Shown here: positions 9,033 through 19,088 of the stretch, piece after piece
Numbering within the stretch: the first letter of the stretch is position 1
Layout: every line of letters starts with the position of its first letter
Source of the DNA: Chloroflexota bacterium
GTDB taxonomy: Bacteria > Chloroflexota > Dehalococcoidia > Lucifugimonadales > GCA-2722455
NCBI GenBank assembly: GCA_002722455.1
Contig: PBMB01000001.1
Span: forward strand, 43,138 to 107,137
DNA: 64,000 nucleotides
Direction: 5' to 3'
The notes under the pieces: model-generated
Database searches by the model: none
What the model saw: the letters and a program-made list of their open reading frames with translations, nothing else
What the model was told of the DNA's origin: nothing
Position numbers and translations under genes: made by a program

Positions 9033-10964
9033 ATGGAATCATACTTAAAAGATCAGATAGAAAAAATTTCACGAATTTATGAGTTTATATATAAATATGA
9101 GGAATCAATTAAATATTCGATTGAAAATTTAAAGAAATCTAATATTAGTGAATTTTTTGATTATTATTATAAGGAAAATCAAGAATTTCACGACCTTTAT
9201 GAAGCTCTTGTCTTTTTTTCTTATAAAGGGGAGTTTATAAATAAATCGAAGATTAAAGAAGATTCTATTATTGTCCAGCATAAAATAGAAAAATTTGTTG
9301 ATAAGATTTTTAATAGGAAAGATTTTTATGAATTTTTCCAAACTCTCAGTGTTAGCAACAAAAAAGAAAAAGATCTTAAAAAGAAATTTCTAACTTTTTT
9401 TGATACTGTCTCTTTAGGTAAAAATAAGCAAGAGAGTGTTTTAGAATTAATGATAAAGTTGGAAAAAAAACAAAGTTTATATGTTGACAATGTATATAAT
9501 CTCGACTTCATTTATGAATATCGAATCTCAAAAGAAACTTTAGAAACTCTTGACTCAAAAGAAATCGAACTTTATTTAGAAAAAGATAAAACTGCTTACT
9601 ATTTTAAAAATAATAAAAATGTATTACTTGAAGCTATTAAAAATTCTAACAGTGAATTTTTAAGAAAAAAAGCATATTCATTAATTTGCAATGTTGGTGT
9701 TAACAATAATGAAGAACAAAATAATTTACAATTAGCTACTGATATTATTTCAATAGAACGTGAAAATGCTAATCTTTTAGGTTTCAAAAATCATTTGGCT
9801 TACACCATTAAAGATAATTTAATTTCAACGAAAGAAAATGTTTTTAGTTTGTTAGAATACAACAAAGCAATGAACTATGATAAATCTGTCAAAGATTTTG
9901 AAACACTCCGAGAATATATTAAAGATAATTTTGATATAGACAATATCAAACATGAAGATTTATTTTATTATGTTACAAAATATAAATTAAGTTTAAGAGA
10001 TTATAAAAATGAGATTTTCCAATCATTCTATCAACCAGAAACGATTTTAAATAAATGTCTTGAAAAGTATGAAGAACTTTTTGAAATAAGATTTGAAAAA
10101 ATAGATGAAATTGATATGACTAGAATAGATTATGGTCATAGATATTACAATGTTTATTATAAAAATGTTTTTAAAGCAAAATTAATAATTGATGCAGAAG
10201 ACTATGATTATAAGTGTATAGACCCTAGTGTCTCAACAATAAGAAGTATTACAAAAAATAATGCTGGTTTTTATTATTTAAATCTTAGCCCTATCAATAA
10301 AATACATTCACCAGATCAAGTTGTGGATTATTCAGCAGAAATTATGCATGAGTTAGGGCATGTTGTAGAATTTGTTTTAAATGAGCCAGAGTATTTGTTT
10401 GACGGATTATATGATATTTTTGAAAAAGATGTTTGTGAAATTTTTAGTTCAACTATGGAATTATTTAGTGAAGATAAATCTTTTTTAATTGAGATTTCTT
10501 CTCATTCTACTACTAATGAAAAAATAAATGGTAAATATTGGGAAGATTTTTTTAAATCTTACTATTTCTTTGAAAGTTATTTATCATTATATGATGGTGT
10601 TTTTGCGGTGTTTGACGCAAGAATCCATTCAGAAGATAACGCAGAAAATAAGTTTTTTAAAATAAAAGAAGAAGTTATTAATGAATATATCTGCTATTAT
10701 GATGAAATGCAGAATGAATTGATTTATGATTTTATTCATTCTTTTGATTCTTGTTATTCAGGTAATTATTATAGCTATGTTCTTGGAAAATATTTTGCAA
10801 AAATACTTTATGAAGACGTAATGAAAAATGAAAAAAGAAGAAAGGCTTTTAAGCACAAGGTTTTGAAACATTGTGAAAATAATGATTTTTATAATTCATT
10901 ATTAGATTTTTATGAGGGTGAATTCCCCAAAAAGTTATCTTTTCTTGTAAAAAACAATGATTAA
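9033..10964 (+). CDS. Putative zinc metallopeptidase (HExxH motif; M3/M32-like oligopeptidase?)
   Basis: HELGH motif with a downstream Glu (IMHELGHVVEFVLNEPEY). At 643 aa it is comparable to PepF-like oligopeptidases. Family not resolved. Confidence 0.35.
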   Translation: MESYLKDQIEKISRIYEFIYKYEESIKYSIENLKKSNISEFFDYYYKENQEFHDLYEALVFFSYKGEFINKSKIKEDSIIVQHKIEKFVDKIFNRKDFYEFFQTLSVSNKKEKDLKKKFLTFFDTVSLGKNKQESVLELMIKLEKKQSLYVDNVYNLDFIYEYRISKETLETLDSKEIELYLEKDKTAYYFKNNKNVLLEAIKNSNSEFLRKKAYSLICNVGVNNNEEQNNLQLATDIISIERENANLLGFKNHLAYTIKDNLISTKENVFSLLEYNKAMNYDKSVKDFETLREYIKDNFDIDNIKHEDLFYYVTKYKLSLRDYKNEIFQSFYQPETILNKCLEKYEELFEIRFEKIDEIDMTRIDYGHRYYNVYYKNVFKAKLIIDAEDYDYKCIDPSVSTIRSITKNNAGFYYLNLSPINKIHSPDQVVDYSAEIMHELGHVVEFVLNEPEYLFDGLYDIFEKDVCEIFSSTMELFSEDKSFLIEISSHSTTNEKINGKYWEDFFKSYYFFESYLSLYDGVFAVFDARIHSEDNAENKFFKIKEEVINEYICYYDEMQNELIYDFIHSFDSCYSGNYYSYVLGKYFAKILYEDVMKNEKRRKAFKHKVLKHCENNDFYNSLLDFYEGEFPKKLSFLVKNND

Positions 10965-10965
10965 A

Positions 10966-10995
10966 AGAGCAATCTTTGCTCTTTTTTTTAAAAAT
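10966..10995 (+). terminator. Rho-independent terminator
   Basis: aaaagagcaa-tctt-tgctcttttttt hairpin with a T-run. Confidence 0.6.
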
Positions 10996-11056
10996 AACTT
11001 GATTTTATTTGCCTATTTTGTTATGTTTTTAACTCATATTAGACTTAGGAAAATCG

Positions 11057-12502
11057 ATGAAGGAAAAAAGAAGAATACAGATATCGTCAAAGGGAAAAGA
11101 TACATTAAACATATTTAATGACAAAAATCCAGAACCTTTATCATTAGTTCAAAATATTGATAAAGAACCACGGTATTATCAAATCAATGGAATAAGAAAA
11201 TTAAATCATTTTTTAAAAGAAGGTCATAAGAGGCTTTTGTTTATTATGCCTACTGGTACAGGTAAAACATTAGTCTCCAAATTATGTGCTTTATCTACGG
11301 ATATTAGAGAAACTTTAAAAATAGATAAAAAGAAAAAAATTAGAGTATTATTTGTTGTTCATAAAAAAAGACTTCTAAGACAGGCTGCTCAAGAGTTTGC
11401 TGGCTGTCCTGACGTCGAACTCATCACTCAAAGCACTTATAAATCTATTCCACAAGAAGTTATTGACGAAGGTTGGGATATTACATTTATTGACGAAGCT
11501 CACCATGAAGCAATGATGTCTATTCAAAACTTGTTAGATGAATTAGGTGATATTCCTATTATTGGGTTTACTGCAAATCCAGACCGTGGAGATTCTCTTG
11601 TTATTAAATTCGAAAAATTTATAATGCCTATATCAAAGGAAGAAGCAATAAAAGAAGGCTATATTTCTGAGCCTGGTGTCAACACCGTTGTTGATACAGG
11701 CAAAATTGACAAAACAGACCTTACAATTAGTTTAGTGAAAAGATATCATAAGCATATGGGAAATTGTATTGTATTTTTTAGAACAAATAATGAATGTGAA
11801 AAGTTTTTTCAATGGTGCATAAGAAATACGCTTACTGCACAATGGTTAAGCACAGAATCAACAGAAGACATGTTAGATCAAGCATTGGATAATTTATCAA
11901 AAGGTCACATTCAGTTTCTTATAAATTGTAAAAAAGTAGACGAAGGTATTGACGTTTTAAATTGCACAGACGTTATTCTTGCAAGACAGTTCGGTTCAAA
12001 AGCAGAAAAAGAACAATTGGTTGGTCGTGCTATAAGACCTGATACTCCTTGTACAATATGGGAATTTCAAAATCCTTATAATGATTCTGTTGAAGCAGTT
12101 CAAGTTATCGGCTCATATAGATTTAGAAGATTGTTATTTGTTGAAAATCGTATTTGGGATGATTTTATTATTGAAGGGTTCGATGACGAATGGGGGTTGG
12201 CTTCTGACTTAAGGTTTGAATATATAAAAAGAAACTTAGGTTATGACCCAAGATTTGAAACAGAAGAAGAAGCATTAATAAGAAAAAGAGAGCAAGCGAA
12301 AGAAGATAAAAAAGAATCTCCTGTGCTTAATTCTTCTACAAACAACATTAAAACAAAAGAGAAAGTAAAAAGAAAAGTCAAAGTTACTGGACGAATGATC
12401 TATGAAGCAGCAGAAGATCATATTAAACCATTAATTAAAACAATGACAAAAGAAGAAATTAAAGAATTAGCTAAAAGATTAATTAAAGAAGGCAAACTAT
12501 AA
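11057..12502 (+). CDS. Superfamily-2 DEAD/DEAH-box (ResIII-type) helicase
   Basis: Motif I MPTGTGKT, motif II FIDEAHH and motif VI QLVGRAIRP. First gene of a five-gene operon. Confidence 0.65.
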   Translation: MKEKRRIQISSKGKDTLNIFNDKNPEPLSLVQNIDKEPRYYQINGIRKLNHFLKEGHKRLLFIMPTGTGKTLVSKLCALSTDIRETLKIDKKKKIRVLFVVHKKRLLRQAAQEFAGCPDVELITQSTYKSIPQEVIDEGWDITFIDEAHHEAMMSIQNLLDELGDIPIIGFTANPDRGDSLVIKFEKFIMPISKEEAIKEGYISEPGVNTVVDTGKIDKTDLTISLVKRYHKHMGNCIVFFRTNNECEKFFQWCIRNTLTAQWLSTESTEDMLDQALDNLSKGHIQFLINCKKVDEGIDVLNCTDVILARQFGSKAEKEQLVGRAIRPDTPCTIWEFQNPYNDSVEAVQVIGSYRFRRLLFVENRIWDDFIIEGFDDEWGLASDLRFEYIKRNLGYDPRFETEEEALIRKREQAKEDKKESPVLNSSTNNIKTKEKVKRKVKVTGRMIYEAAEDHIKPLIKTMTKEEIKELAKRLIKEGKL

Positions 12503-12517
12503 GGCTTAGATATATTT

Positions 12518-13798
12518 ATGATAAAATTTGATCCCACATTATTTCACATTGATTACGTAAGATTGAAAAAGATTACTAGCACTTACCTTTATGTTTCTTC
12601 TGATATTGATGGACACCCTTATAAAACAGAAAAAACGATTGAAGGTACTTACAAAAAAAGAAAAATTAGTAAAGTTAGAATCCATGAAAGTGTTGCTAGA
12701 CAATATTTTAAAAATAATAGCATGAAAGAATTTCAAGATTTAGGTAAGTTTGCTGCTATTGCTTATTATGGTGATATAGTGGTTTCAATTGAAGTTCAGA
12801 ATTTGTTTTTAACCAATACTGAAAATAAAGTTTGGGTTTCTGTTACAGAAAAAGTTATGGACAATATCGCTAGAATAGTTCCTCCACAGCAAGATGTCTA
12901 TATTAATGGTAAAGATATTTTTTGGATAAACAAAAATGATCCCAGAAATAATTCTGATACTTCTTATCTTTCCGAAGATAAAGCTTTTAAACTTCAAAAT
13001 GCAAACTATTTGTCTTTATCCAAAATTGGTGCTGAGATTAGCAACGAAAAGACTAATGACGCTGGGAAAAGTGAATATAAAGATAACGAGGAATCAGCCA
13101 TCAAATCACAGGAAGATTCTTTTGATTCGGTTGTTGTCATTAAAACAATTGGATCTAAACGAAATATTTCTTCTCAGGCTATCAAAACACTGGATTTTTC
13201 AGTTAATTATGCTAATTTTGAGCAAGACACAAGAGCTGTCGCTTTATTGAGAGAAGCCAAAATTTTAGAATATTCACCTAATCGAGATTCTGATAATCCT
13301 ATTTTTTGTTATTCGCCTGTTCTTGCTTTTGAAGAAAGTGTTGATTCTAAAAAGAACGAAGAAGAGTATATAAAAGTAGTAAATTGTTTACACAGTATTA
13401 CTTTTGAAGAGAATCCTTCATATTTAAATCTAAACTTTGTTTTACACGCTGGTAAAATGATTGGTGAAAAATATGGTTATGAAGAAACTGAGATTTTAAA
13501 TATTCCCAAAATAATAAAAGAAACAAAAATGATTTCTTTTGAAAAGATTTATGAACATTCTCGTTCTGGTTATCCTATAGAACTTCATCCTTTTACTGGT
13601 TTAGCATGGTTGTTTAGATTTATTCATGCTGAAAAAGATTTAAATCATATGAGAGATCTTACTGCTTTATTTTCTCAAATATTTAAATGTGGATTTATTG
13701 AAAAAGAGAAAGTTAAATCTGCTTTTAGAAACGGTAAAAGTGAAGATGATATTATGATGGTTAAGTATCGTAGTTTAAGAAATAAAGAAGGCTTGTAA
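12518..13798 (+). CDS. Hypothetical protein (426 aa), helicase-operon gene 2
   Basis: Lies 15 nt after the helicase stop. No recognisable motif. Confidence 0.45.
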   Translation: MIKFDPTLFHIDYVRLKKITSTYLYVSSDIDGHPYKTEKTIEGTYKKRKISKVRIHESVARQYFKNNSMKEFQDLGKFAAIAYYGDIVVSIEVQNLFLTNTENKVWVSVTEKVMDNIARIVPPQQDVYINGKDIFWINKNDPRNNSDTSYLSEDKAFKLQNANYLSLSKIGAEISNEKTNDAGKSEYKDNEESAIKSQEDSFDSVVVIKTIGSKRNISSQAIKTLDFSVNYANFEQDTRAVALLREAKILEYSPNRDSDNPIFCYSPVLAFEESVDSKKNEEEYIKVVNCLHSITFEENPSYLNLNFVLHAGKMIGEKYGYEETEILNIPKIIKETKMISFEKIYEHSRSGYPIELHPFTGLAWLFRFIHAEKDLNHMRDLTALFSQIFKCGFIEKEKVKSAFRNGKSEDDIMMVKYRSLRNKEGL

Positions 13799-13870
13799 AA
13801 GCCTTTTGATATGCTAAAATAAAAGTTAATGTTTAGTAACATATTTAGTAGTATAAGTTAGGAGGAATAT

Positions 13871-14968
13871 ATGTTTGAAGTGTTAAAAAATGCCAGATGT
13901 AAAGTTTGGTATGACGAGAATCACGGTGATTCTGTAAGATTGGTCTTAGCAGTAGAAGAAAAGAAACCACACACATTCCCTTTTGGAGCTTCTGAAAATA
14001 ATTTAATTACACAAATGAGCTTAAAAACCATTGAAGAAAAATTTAACGGTGGAACATACATTTTTAATGGTGATAAATTAATTCAATATAAAGATTCTAC
14101 ATATGGAAATGGTTTTGTTAGAAGTCAAGAAGATATGAAAATTTTGTCTGAAATCATAGGTTCAACTTCATACCAAGGTAATCACAGCAAAGGTGTTAGT
14201 GGTATGTTTGAAAAATTCAGATGTAATAATATGGATAAAAGTGAGTTTTTAGGTGGTGTTGGTGAAACATTCGAACTTGAAGTCGATGGTTTAGGTGATG
14301 GTGGCGTTTTTGAAAATAAACTTGTTTATTCTTGGTCTCCTTTTAGTCAAAATTTGTTAATAAATCTTGAAGCCGAAAGATTGGTTTGTAATAATGGTAT
14401 GGTTGGAAATGCGTCATTTGTAACAAAAGCTGTTCCTCTTGTTAATAGATACCAAGAGCATTTAGATTTCATTTCTGTTCAGTTGGAACCACAATTTAAT
14501 GCGATTTTAAGCAATCGTTTTAAAGATATGTCTCATCAACCTGCAAATCTGCAGTCTATGATGACCGCACATAACTTAATAAATAATAGATTAAAACAAA
14601 ATAATAGTTTATTAAGAAAAAGCACTCAATATGATATTGAGGTTGTTCAGATGGTAGAAAATTTAAGAAGTATGAATAATGTATTAAACGTTAAGAGTAC
14701 ATTGAGAGATCATTATAAACCAAGTGCTTTTAGTAATAAAGAGCAAGCTAGGCATTTACAAGGTAATCTAACTCAATATGACGTTTTCAATATTTTAACA
14801 GAAGCTGTATCTCATTCAAATGGTGATTCCAAAAACGATGAGGGAATACAAAGAGCAATTAATGGTATTGTATTTGACGAACTGAATGATAAGAAAAATA
14901 TTAAGGGCAATATCCCGAATCTTTCTAGTGATTCAGACCATAATAGAATATTTTTTGGAAAAAATTAA
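13871..14968 (+). CDS. Hypothetical protein (365 aa), helicase-operon gene 3
   Basis: Strong RBS (AGGAGG) and good coding periodicity. No recognisable motif. Confidence 0.45.
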   Translation: MFEVLKNARCKVWYDENHGDSVRLVLAVEEKKPHTFPFGASENNLITQMSLKTIEEKFNGGTYIFNGDKLIQYKDSTYGNGFVRSQEDMKILSEIIGSTSYQGNHSKGVSGMFEKFRCNNMDKSEFLGGVGETFELEVDGLGDGGVFENKLVYSWSPFSQNLLINLEAERLVCNNGMVGNASFVTKAVPLVNRYQEHLDFISVQLEPQFNAILSNRFKDMSHQPANLQSMMTAHNLINNRLKQNNSLLRKSTQYDIEVVQMVENLRSMNNVLNVKSTLRDHYKPSAFSNKEQARHLQGNLTQYDVFNILTEAVSHSNGDSKNDEGIQRAINGIVFDELNDKKNIKGNIPNLSSDSDHNRIFFGKN

Positions 14969-15018
14969 AAAACAGAATCTTGCTTTTCTAGCAAGGTTCA
15001 TTTTTTAAAGGTATTTAT

Positions 15019-16107
15019 ATGTCAAGAAAAATAACACAAATTGAAGATTTAAAAAAATTATTACCCAATTGCTTAATTTGTTTAAGACAAGAAATTAGAC
15101 AAGGTTTTTTGGATTTAGACCAATATACATATGTAACTAAAAACAAAGATTTCGCTGCAAGCTACAACGCTGAAATTTCAGGCGATAATCTTTTTGATTT
15201 TATTCAAAATGATAAAATTACCTTTCCTGTTTTTCAAGGCTTCTATGGTGAAGTTTTCAAAATAGCTACTATTGGATCGCCAAAATATCATACTTACATA
15301 AGAATATTTGAAGAAGAAAATATTCCTGTTAATTATGAACTACCTATATTTTTAATTACATCGGAAGGATTTAAAAATGTTTCATTTCAAAAAGAAGAAA
15401 ATGGTTCTTATATTGTATTTACTGATTACGGAGATTCCTTATCTTTAAATGAATATGGTAGAAATGAAAAAGGAGAATGGCTGATAACAAACTTCAACGA
15501 AAATAATGTTCAAGAACTTTTTTCAGAAAGAGAAGGTTATTTATTATTAGGACAGAACAATGAACCAAAGTTAATTTCTAATAATGTTTATTCTTACCTT
15601 TCAGATAATAAAGTAAGAGAAAAAATTTTAAAAGAATTGGGCTTTTTTAAAAACGAATATATTAAAGTTTTACCTGTTTTAAATATTTATTGTCATGAAG
15701 CTTTTTTAGATACTATTTTATTAAATAGTAATTCAAATATTACTTTTGGAGTTAAAAAAGAACGTAACAGCTTAGAAGGTTATGAGTTGTATAGTGAAGA
15801 TACAATAGATGGAAAATCAGAAAACCCACACGAGATAGAAATTTCCAATGATATTTTATCAGAAAATATTTTTGAAGATGATTTTATTATCGATATCGAT
15901 GATTCAGAACTTGAAGAAATAGAAGATATTGAAATTGCTGTTGATGATTTTAATCAGCCAATTGAAATTGAAATCGAAATAAGTGATGAAGAAATAGAAC
16001 ATTTTGATCTTGATGAAGAGATTGAAATTGAAGTTGAAGAAGAAATTACTTTTAATTTAGAAGATGAAATTGAGTTGGAAATTGAGGACGAAGAGGAAGA
16101 AGATTAA
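15019..16107 (+). CDS. Hypothetical protein with an extremely acidic IEIE/EE repeat tail
   Basis: The C-terminal roughly 70 aa are IEIEIEISDEEIEHFDLDEEIEIEVEEE...EDEEEED, encoded by GAA/ATT tandem repeats. Its stop overlaps the next start (TAATGG). Confidence 0.45.
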   Translation: MSRKITQIEDLKKLLPNCLICLRQEIRQGFLDLDQYTYVTKNKDFAASYNAEISGDNLFDFIQNDKITFPVFQGFYGEVFKIATIGSPKYHTYIRIFEEENIPVNYELPIFLITSEGFKNVSFQKEENGSYIVFTDYGDSLSLNEYGRNEKGEWLITNFNENNVQELFSEREGYLLLGQNNEPKLISNNVYSYLSDNKVREKILKELGFFKNEYIKVLPVLNIYCHEAFLDTILLNSNSNITFGVKKERNSLEGYELYSEDTIDGKSENPHEIEISNDILSENIFEDDFIIDIDDSELEEIEDIEIAVDDFNQPIEIEIEISDEEIEHFDLDEEIEIEVEEEITFNLEDEIELEIEDEEEED

Positions 16108-16607
16108 TGGCTATTTTATTTTTATATATTAATCCAGACAAAGGTAATAAAGTTGATATTAAATTAATTAAGCATAAAGGTGAAAAAGAAACTGATTTAT
16201 CTTATCAATGGGCTAGATCTGCATTGGGACAAGCTATTCAATTAAATTTTAATAGTATAAAAATAAATCCTTACACCGAAGATCAAGGTGCAAAAATACA
16301 TTTTCTTACTAAGGATATATTAGAAAACAATAAACTTAATATTTATGGTTATCCTTATTTGTTAGAAGACGAGGATTTAGAAATTGAAGACGATGAGGGT
16401 TATATTTTTAAAGAAGAAAGAGAGTTTATTGACCTTGATATAGAAACAGAGTCACAAAACATGATTTATGATAATCCTGAATATGTGCGTGTTTCTTTAG
16501 ACTTACATGACGCTTGTTCTGTCATAGGTGGATTAACTGTCCCAACGGCAAAAGTTGCTACTGCCTTGTATTCTAAGTTAAAATATGACGCTTCTAAACC
16601 AAAATAA
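16107..16607 (+). CDS. Hypothetical acidic protein (166 aa), last gene of the helicase operon
   Basis: Start is translationally coupled to the upstream stop. Followed by a terminator at about 16630-16660. Confidence 0.45.
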   Translation: MAILFLYINPDKGNKVDIKLIKHKGEKETDLSYQWARSALGQAIQLNFNSIKINPYTEDQGAKIHFLTKDILENNKLNIYGYPYLLEDEDLEIEDDEGYIFKEEREFIDLDIETESQNMIYDNPEYVRVSLDLHDACSVIGGLTVPTAKVATALYSKLKYDASKPK

Positions 16608-16629
16608 TTTTATTTTATTGTCTTATTAA

Positions 16630-16660
16630 AAAGTCAGATTTCATATCTGGCTTTTTATTT
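16630..16660 (+). terminator. Rho-independent terminator of the helicase operon
   Basis: gtcagat-ttcat-atctggc hairpin followed by TTTTTA. Confidence 0.5.
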
Positions 16661-16713
16661 ATCTTTTTTATGTTACTATATATATAGTAATTAAACCAAA
16701 AAAGGAATTTTGA

Positions 16714-17235
16714 ATGATTAAGAAAATCAAAGAGAATGTTGTTATGGATAATGGCTTTGTAAGAGTTTACAATGATCACGTAGAATTTAATGGTGGAATC
16801 AAAGGTCAATATTTTAGAATGAGTTTATCAGAAAGATTGCCAAATTATGGTGTCGCTATTATTTGTGAGTATAATGGTAAATTTATTATTATGGATAATT
16901 ATAGATATGCTCATAATGGTTTTTTGATTGAAATTGTTAAAGGTATGGGAATGAATGATAAAACACCAGAAGAAACCGCAAGAATTGAAGTCGAAGAAGA
17001 AATTGGTGGTCGTCTTGAGAACTTAATTTCATTAGGTGAAGTCAAAGGAGATCTTTCAGATACTATTATACATTGTTTTCATGCCAAGATATCTTCATTT
17101 ATTGACACAAATCATGAAGAAACAGAAACGATTGAGAATATTCGTCTAGTTTCTATTGAAGAAATTAAAAAATTAATTAGAAATAATGAAATTCAAGACA
17201 CAGTTACATTATCTTTGTTCGCAAAAATATTGTAA
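16714..17235 (+). CDS. NUDIX hydrolase (ADP-ribose pyrophosphatase-like)
   Basis: Nudix box GMGMNDKTPEETARIEVEEEIGG fits Gx5Ex7REUxEExGU. Confidence 0.65.
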   Translation: MIKKIKENVVMDNGFVRVYNDHVEFNGGIKGQYFRMSLSERLPNYGVAIICEYNGKFIIMDNYRYAHNGFLIEIVKGMGMNDKTPEETARIEVEEEIGGRLENLISLGEVKGDLSDTIIHCFHAKISSFIDTNHEETETIENIRLVSIEEIKKLIRNNEIQDTVTLSLFAKIL

Positions 17236-17254
17236 TCTTTAAATTAAAACAAAA

Positions 17255-17295
17255 AAAAGAGAGCGAAAGCTCTCTTCTTTTTTTTCTTTTTTACT
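17255..17295. terminator. Bidirectional terminator
   Basis: aaaaaaaagagagcgaaagctctcttcttttttt hairpin between convergent genes. Confidence 0.6.
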
Positions 17296-17302
17296 TAAAC
17301 TA

Positions 17303-17743
17303 TTATAGTTTAAAGTATGCAATATTGCTAGAACCGTCATTGTAACAACCAAATGCGTGTTCGTTCTTAGAACCTGCGTCTGCTTCGTTACCGTCAAACA
17401 ATGCTTCTGTTTGCTTACATAGATCAGAAAGAGTTGCTTCGTTGTCTAGATCTAAAAGAAGTGCTTTTGGATCAGAATCATCATCGAATGCCCAAGTAGC
17501 AGTTTCAAACTTTGGGATCTCTTTTAGATAAGTAGGTGCTAAATCAGCAACTGAAGCTAGTGTCACGTCATCGATTTCTGCCATAGTAACTGCTGCTTGA
17601 ACTTGTTGACCTTGGTTAACAATTGTTGAAGCTTCTGCTTTAACTGTACCTTCTTGGAATGCGTCTCCACCGTAGTAAATTGAAGCTAATGCTAGTGATG
17701 CTACTAATGCGATTGCGATGATTGAAATAATTAAACTAAACAT
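17303..17743 (-). CDS. Pilin-like protein: N-terminal hydrophobic helix, Ala/Thr-rich body, C-terminal Cys-X24-Cys loop
   Basis: MFSLIISIIAIALVASLALASIYYGG... then CKQTEALFDGNEADAGSKNEHAFGC near the C-terminus, like a pilin D-region. AAGGAG RBS 8 nt upstream. GC and codon usage are much richer than the surrounding genes, suggesting high expression. No canonical prepilin G/F/E leader. Confidence 0.3.
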   Translation of the reverse strand: MFSLIISIIAIALVASLALASIYYGGDAFQEGTVKAEASTIVNQGQQVQAAVTMAEIDDVTLASVADLAPTYLKEIPKFETATWAFDDDSDPKALLLDLDNEATLSDLCKQTEALFDGNEADAGSKNEHAFGCYNDGSSNIAYFKL

Positions 17744-17985
17744 GTATATTTCTCCTTAAATATTTATTTACAATGTTATTAAAAATTAAGCTAGACTGTG
17801 TATGTCCCTGTCTGCCTATATCATAATGTTTAACACGGTATCATAATGTGTCAAACATTATTGTGCTGATTTTTCTAATATTTATTATAAAAAAACATAA
17901 TAATACTTTTAAATAGCTAAAAATATTTTTATATTTTTTAAATATTTTTTTTTCTTTTAGTTAAATTATTATTAATAAACAAAAA

Positions 17986-18015
17986 AAAGAAGTTGCCTTC
18001 CGAGCAACTTCTTTT
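17986..18015. terminator. Bidirectional terminator
   Basis: aaaaaaagaagttgc-cttccga-gcaacttctttt. Confidence 0.6.
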
Positions 18016-18029
18016 ATCTATGTTTTTAT

Positions 18030-19079
18030 TTAAAAGTTTATTATCAAAATATAATCTTCATATATCACATCTGACTTTAAATCATTTAATTCTCTTAATG
18101 TTGACATCTTTTTATTATATTTCTTTGAAATCTTAAATAAATTTTCTCCTTTACCTATTTTATGAAGAATTGTTGTTTTGTTTGCAACTAATATATCTTG
18201 ATCTACTTTTAGAGTACTATCTTTTAAATTGTTTATTTTCTTAATTAAAGTTATAGAAGAGTTATATTTATATGCAATATCACTTATTGTATCACCTTTT
18301 TCAACTTTATGTATTATATAGTTGTCAAATGTTATTTTTCTTCCTTCTTTAAATTGACGTCTTTCCTTGGGTTCAGATTTTCTTTGATTATTTGTTTTTT
18401 TAATTTTAATTGGTTTATTTTTATTTGTTTTATAAAAAATTGTATTTTCTTTTAATATTTCACAAGTAATATCTTTTTCACAATCTAACTCATCTACGTT
18501 TTTAAAGGTTTCTGATTCACTTACTTCTTTTAATGTTATTTCATACTCATAATTTTTGTGAGATATGTAAACAGGTTTTGTTGGCAGAATTAATTGTTCA
18601 CTACTTATATTAAATTCAAATTTAGAATTAACACCGTTTGATTCTGAATAATTTTCTGAGTATTCAATCTTATACTTCGAATCAAATTCTGTTTCTTTCA
18701 AGTTTGGTGTCAATTTTGTTTTAAATTCGAAGAATACTTCATATGGAATATTGTTTTTATCTAACGTTTTGTAAACGTCTTCCATTTTAAATGTTTTTGC
18801 TGAATTCAACGAAAGGGTAGAAATTGAATCAGTTATTCTTATTTTTCCTTCATGGTGATATTGTTTTACTTGAATTTGATAATTGTTTTCAAAAAATCTA
18901 AAATCACTTTGACTTATTATTTGGAAATCAAGTTCTTTATTTTTATTAAAAACAGTATTTTTATCTGCTTCTTTTGTTTGTTCTATTACTTCTGTTTTGT
19001 TATCTAATTGTTGTGGAGCTTCACTATCTATTAAGTTATACCCTAACAATATTAACAACAAGGCTATTCCTACTTCCAT
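18030..19079 (-). CDS. Secreted protein with two C-terminal LysM domains
   Basis: N-terminal signal or anchor. Two LysM-like repeats: YIIHKVEKGDTISDIAYKYNSSITLIKKINNL...LKVDQDILVA and ILHKIGKGENLFKISKKYNKKMSTLRELNDL. Confidence 0.55.
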   Translation of the reverse strand: MEVGIALLLILLGYNLIDSEAPQQLDNKTEVIEQTKEADKNTVFNKNKELDFQIISQSDFRFFENNYQIQVKQYHHEGKIRITDSISTLSLNSAKTFKMEDVYKTLDKNNIPYEVFFEFKTKLTPNLKETEFDSKYKIEYSENYSESNGVNSKFEFNISSEQLILPTKPVYISHKNYEYEITLKEVSESETFKNVDELDCEKDITCEILKENTIFYKTNKNKPIKIKKTNNQRKSEPKERRQFKEGRKITFDNYIIHKVEKGDTISDIAYKYNSSITLIKKINNLKDSTLKVDQDILVANKTTILHKIGKGENLFKISKKYNKKMSTLRELNDLKSDVIYEDYILIINF

Positions 19080-19088
19080 TTTTATTCC

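Noticed and set aside
6890-13250. Short ORFs 6890-7225, 9129-9341, 9326-9511, 9599-9787, 12539-12736, 12809-12997, 12936-13250
   Set aside because: Overlap longer, better-supported genes in other frames. Typical AT-rich noise.
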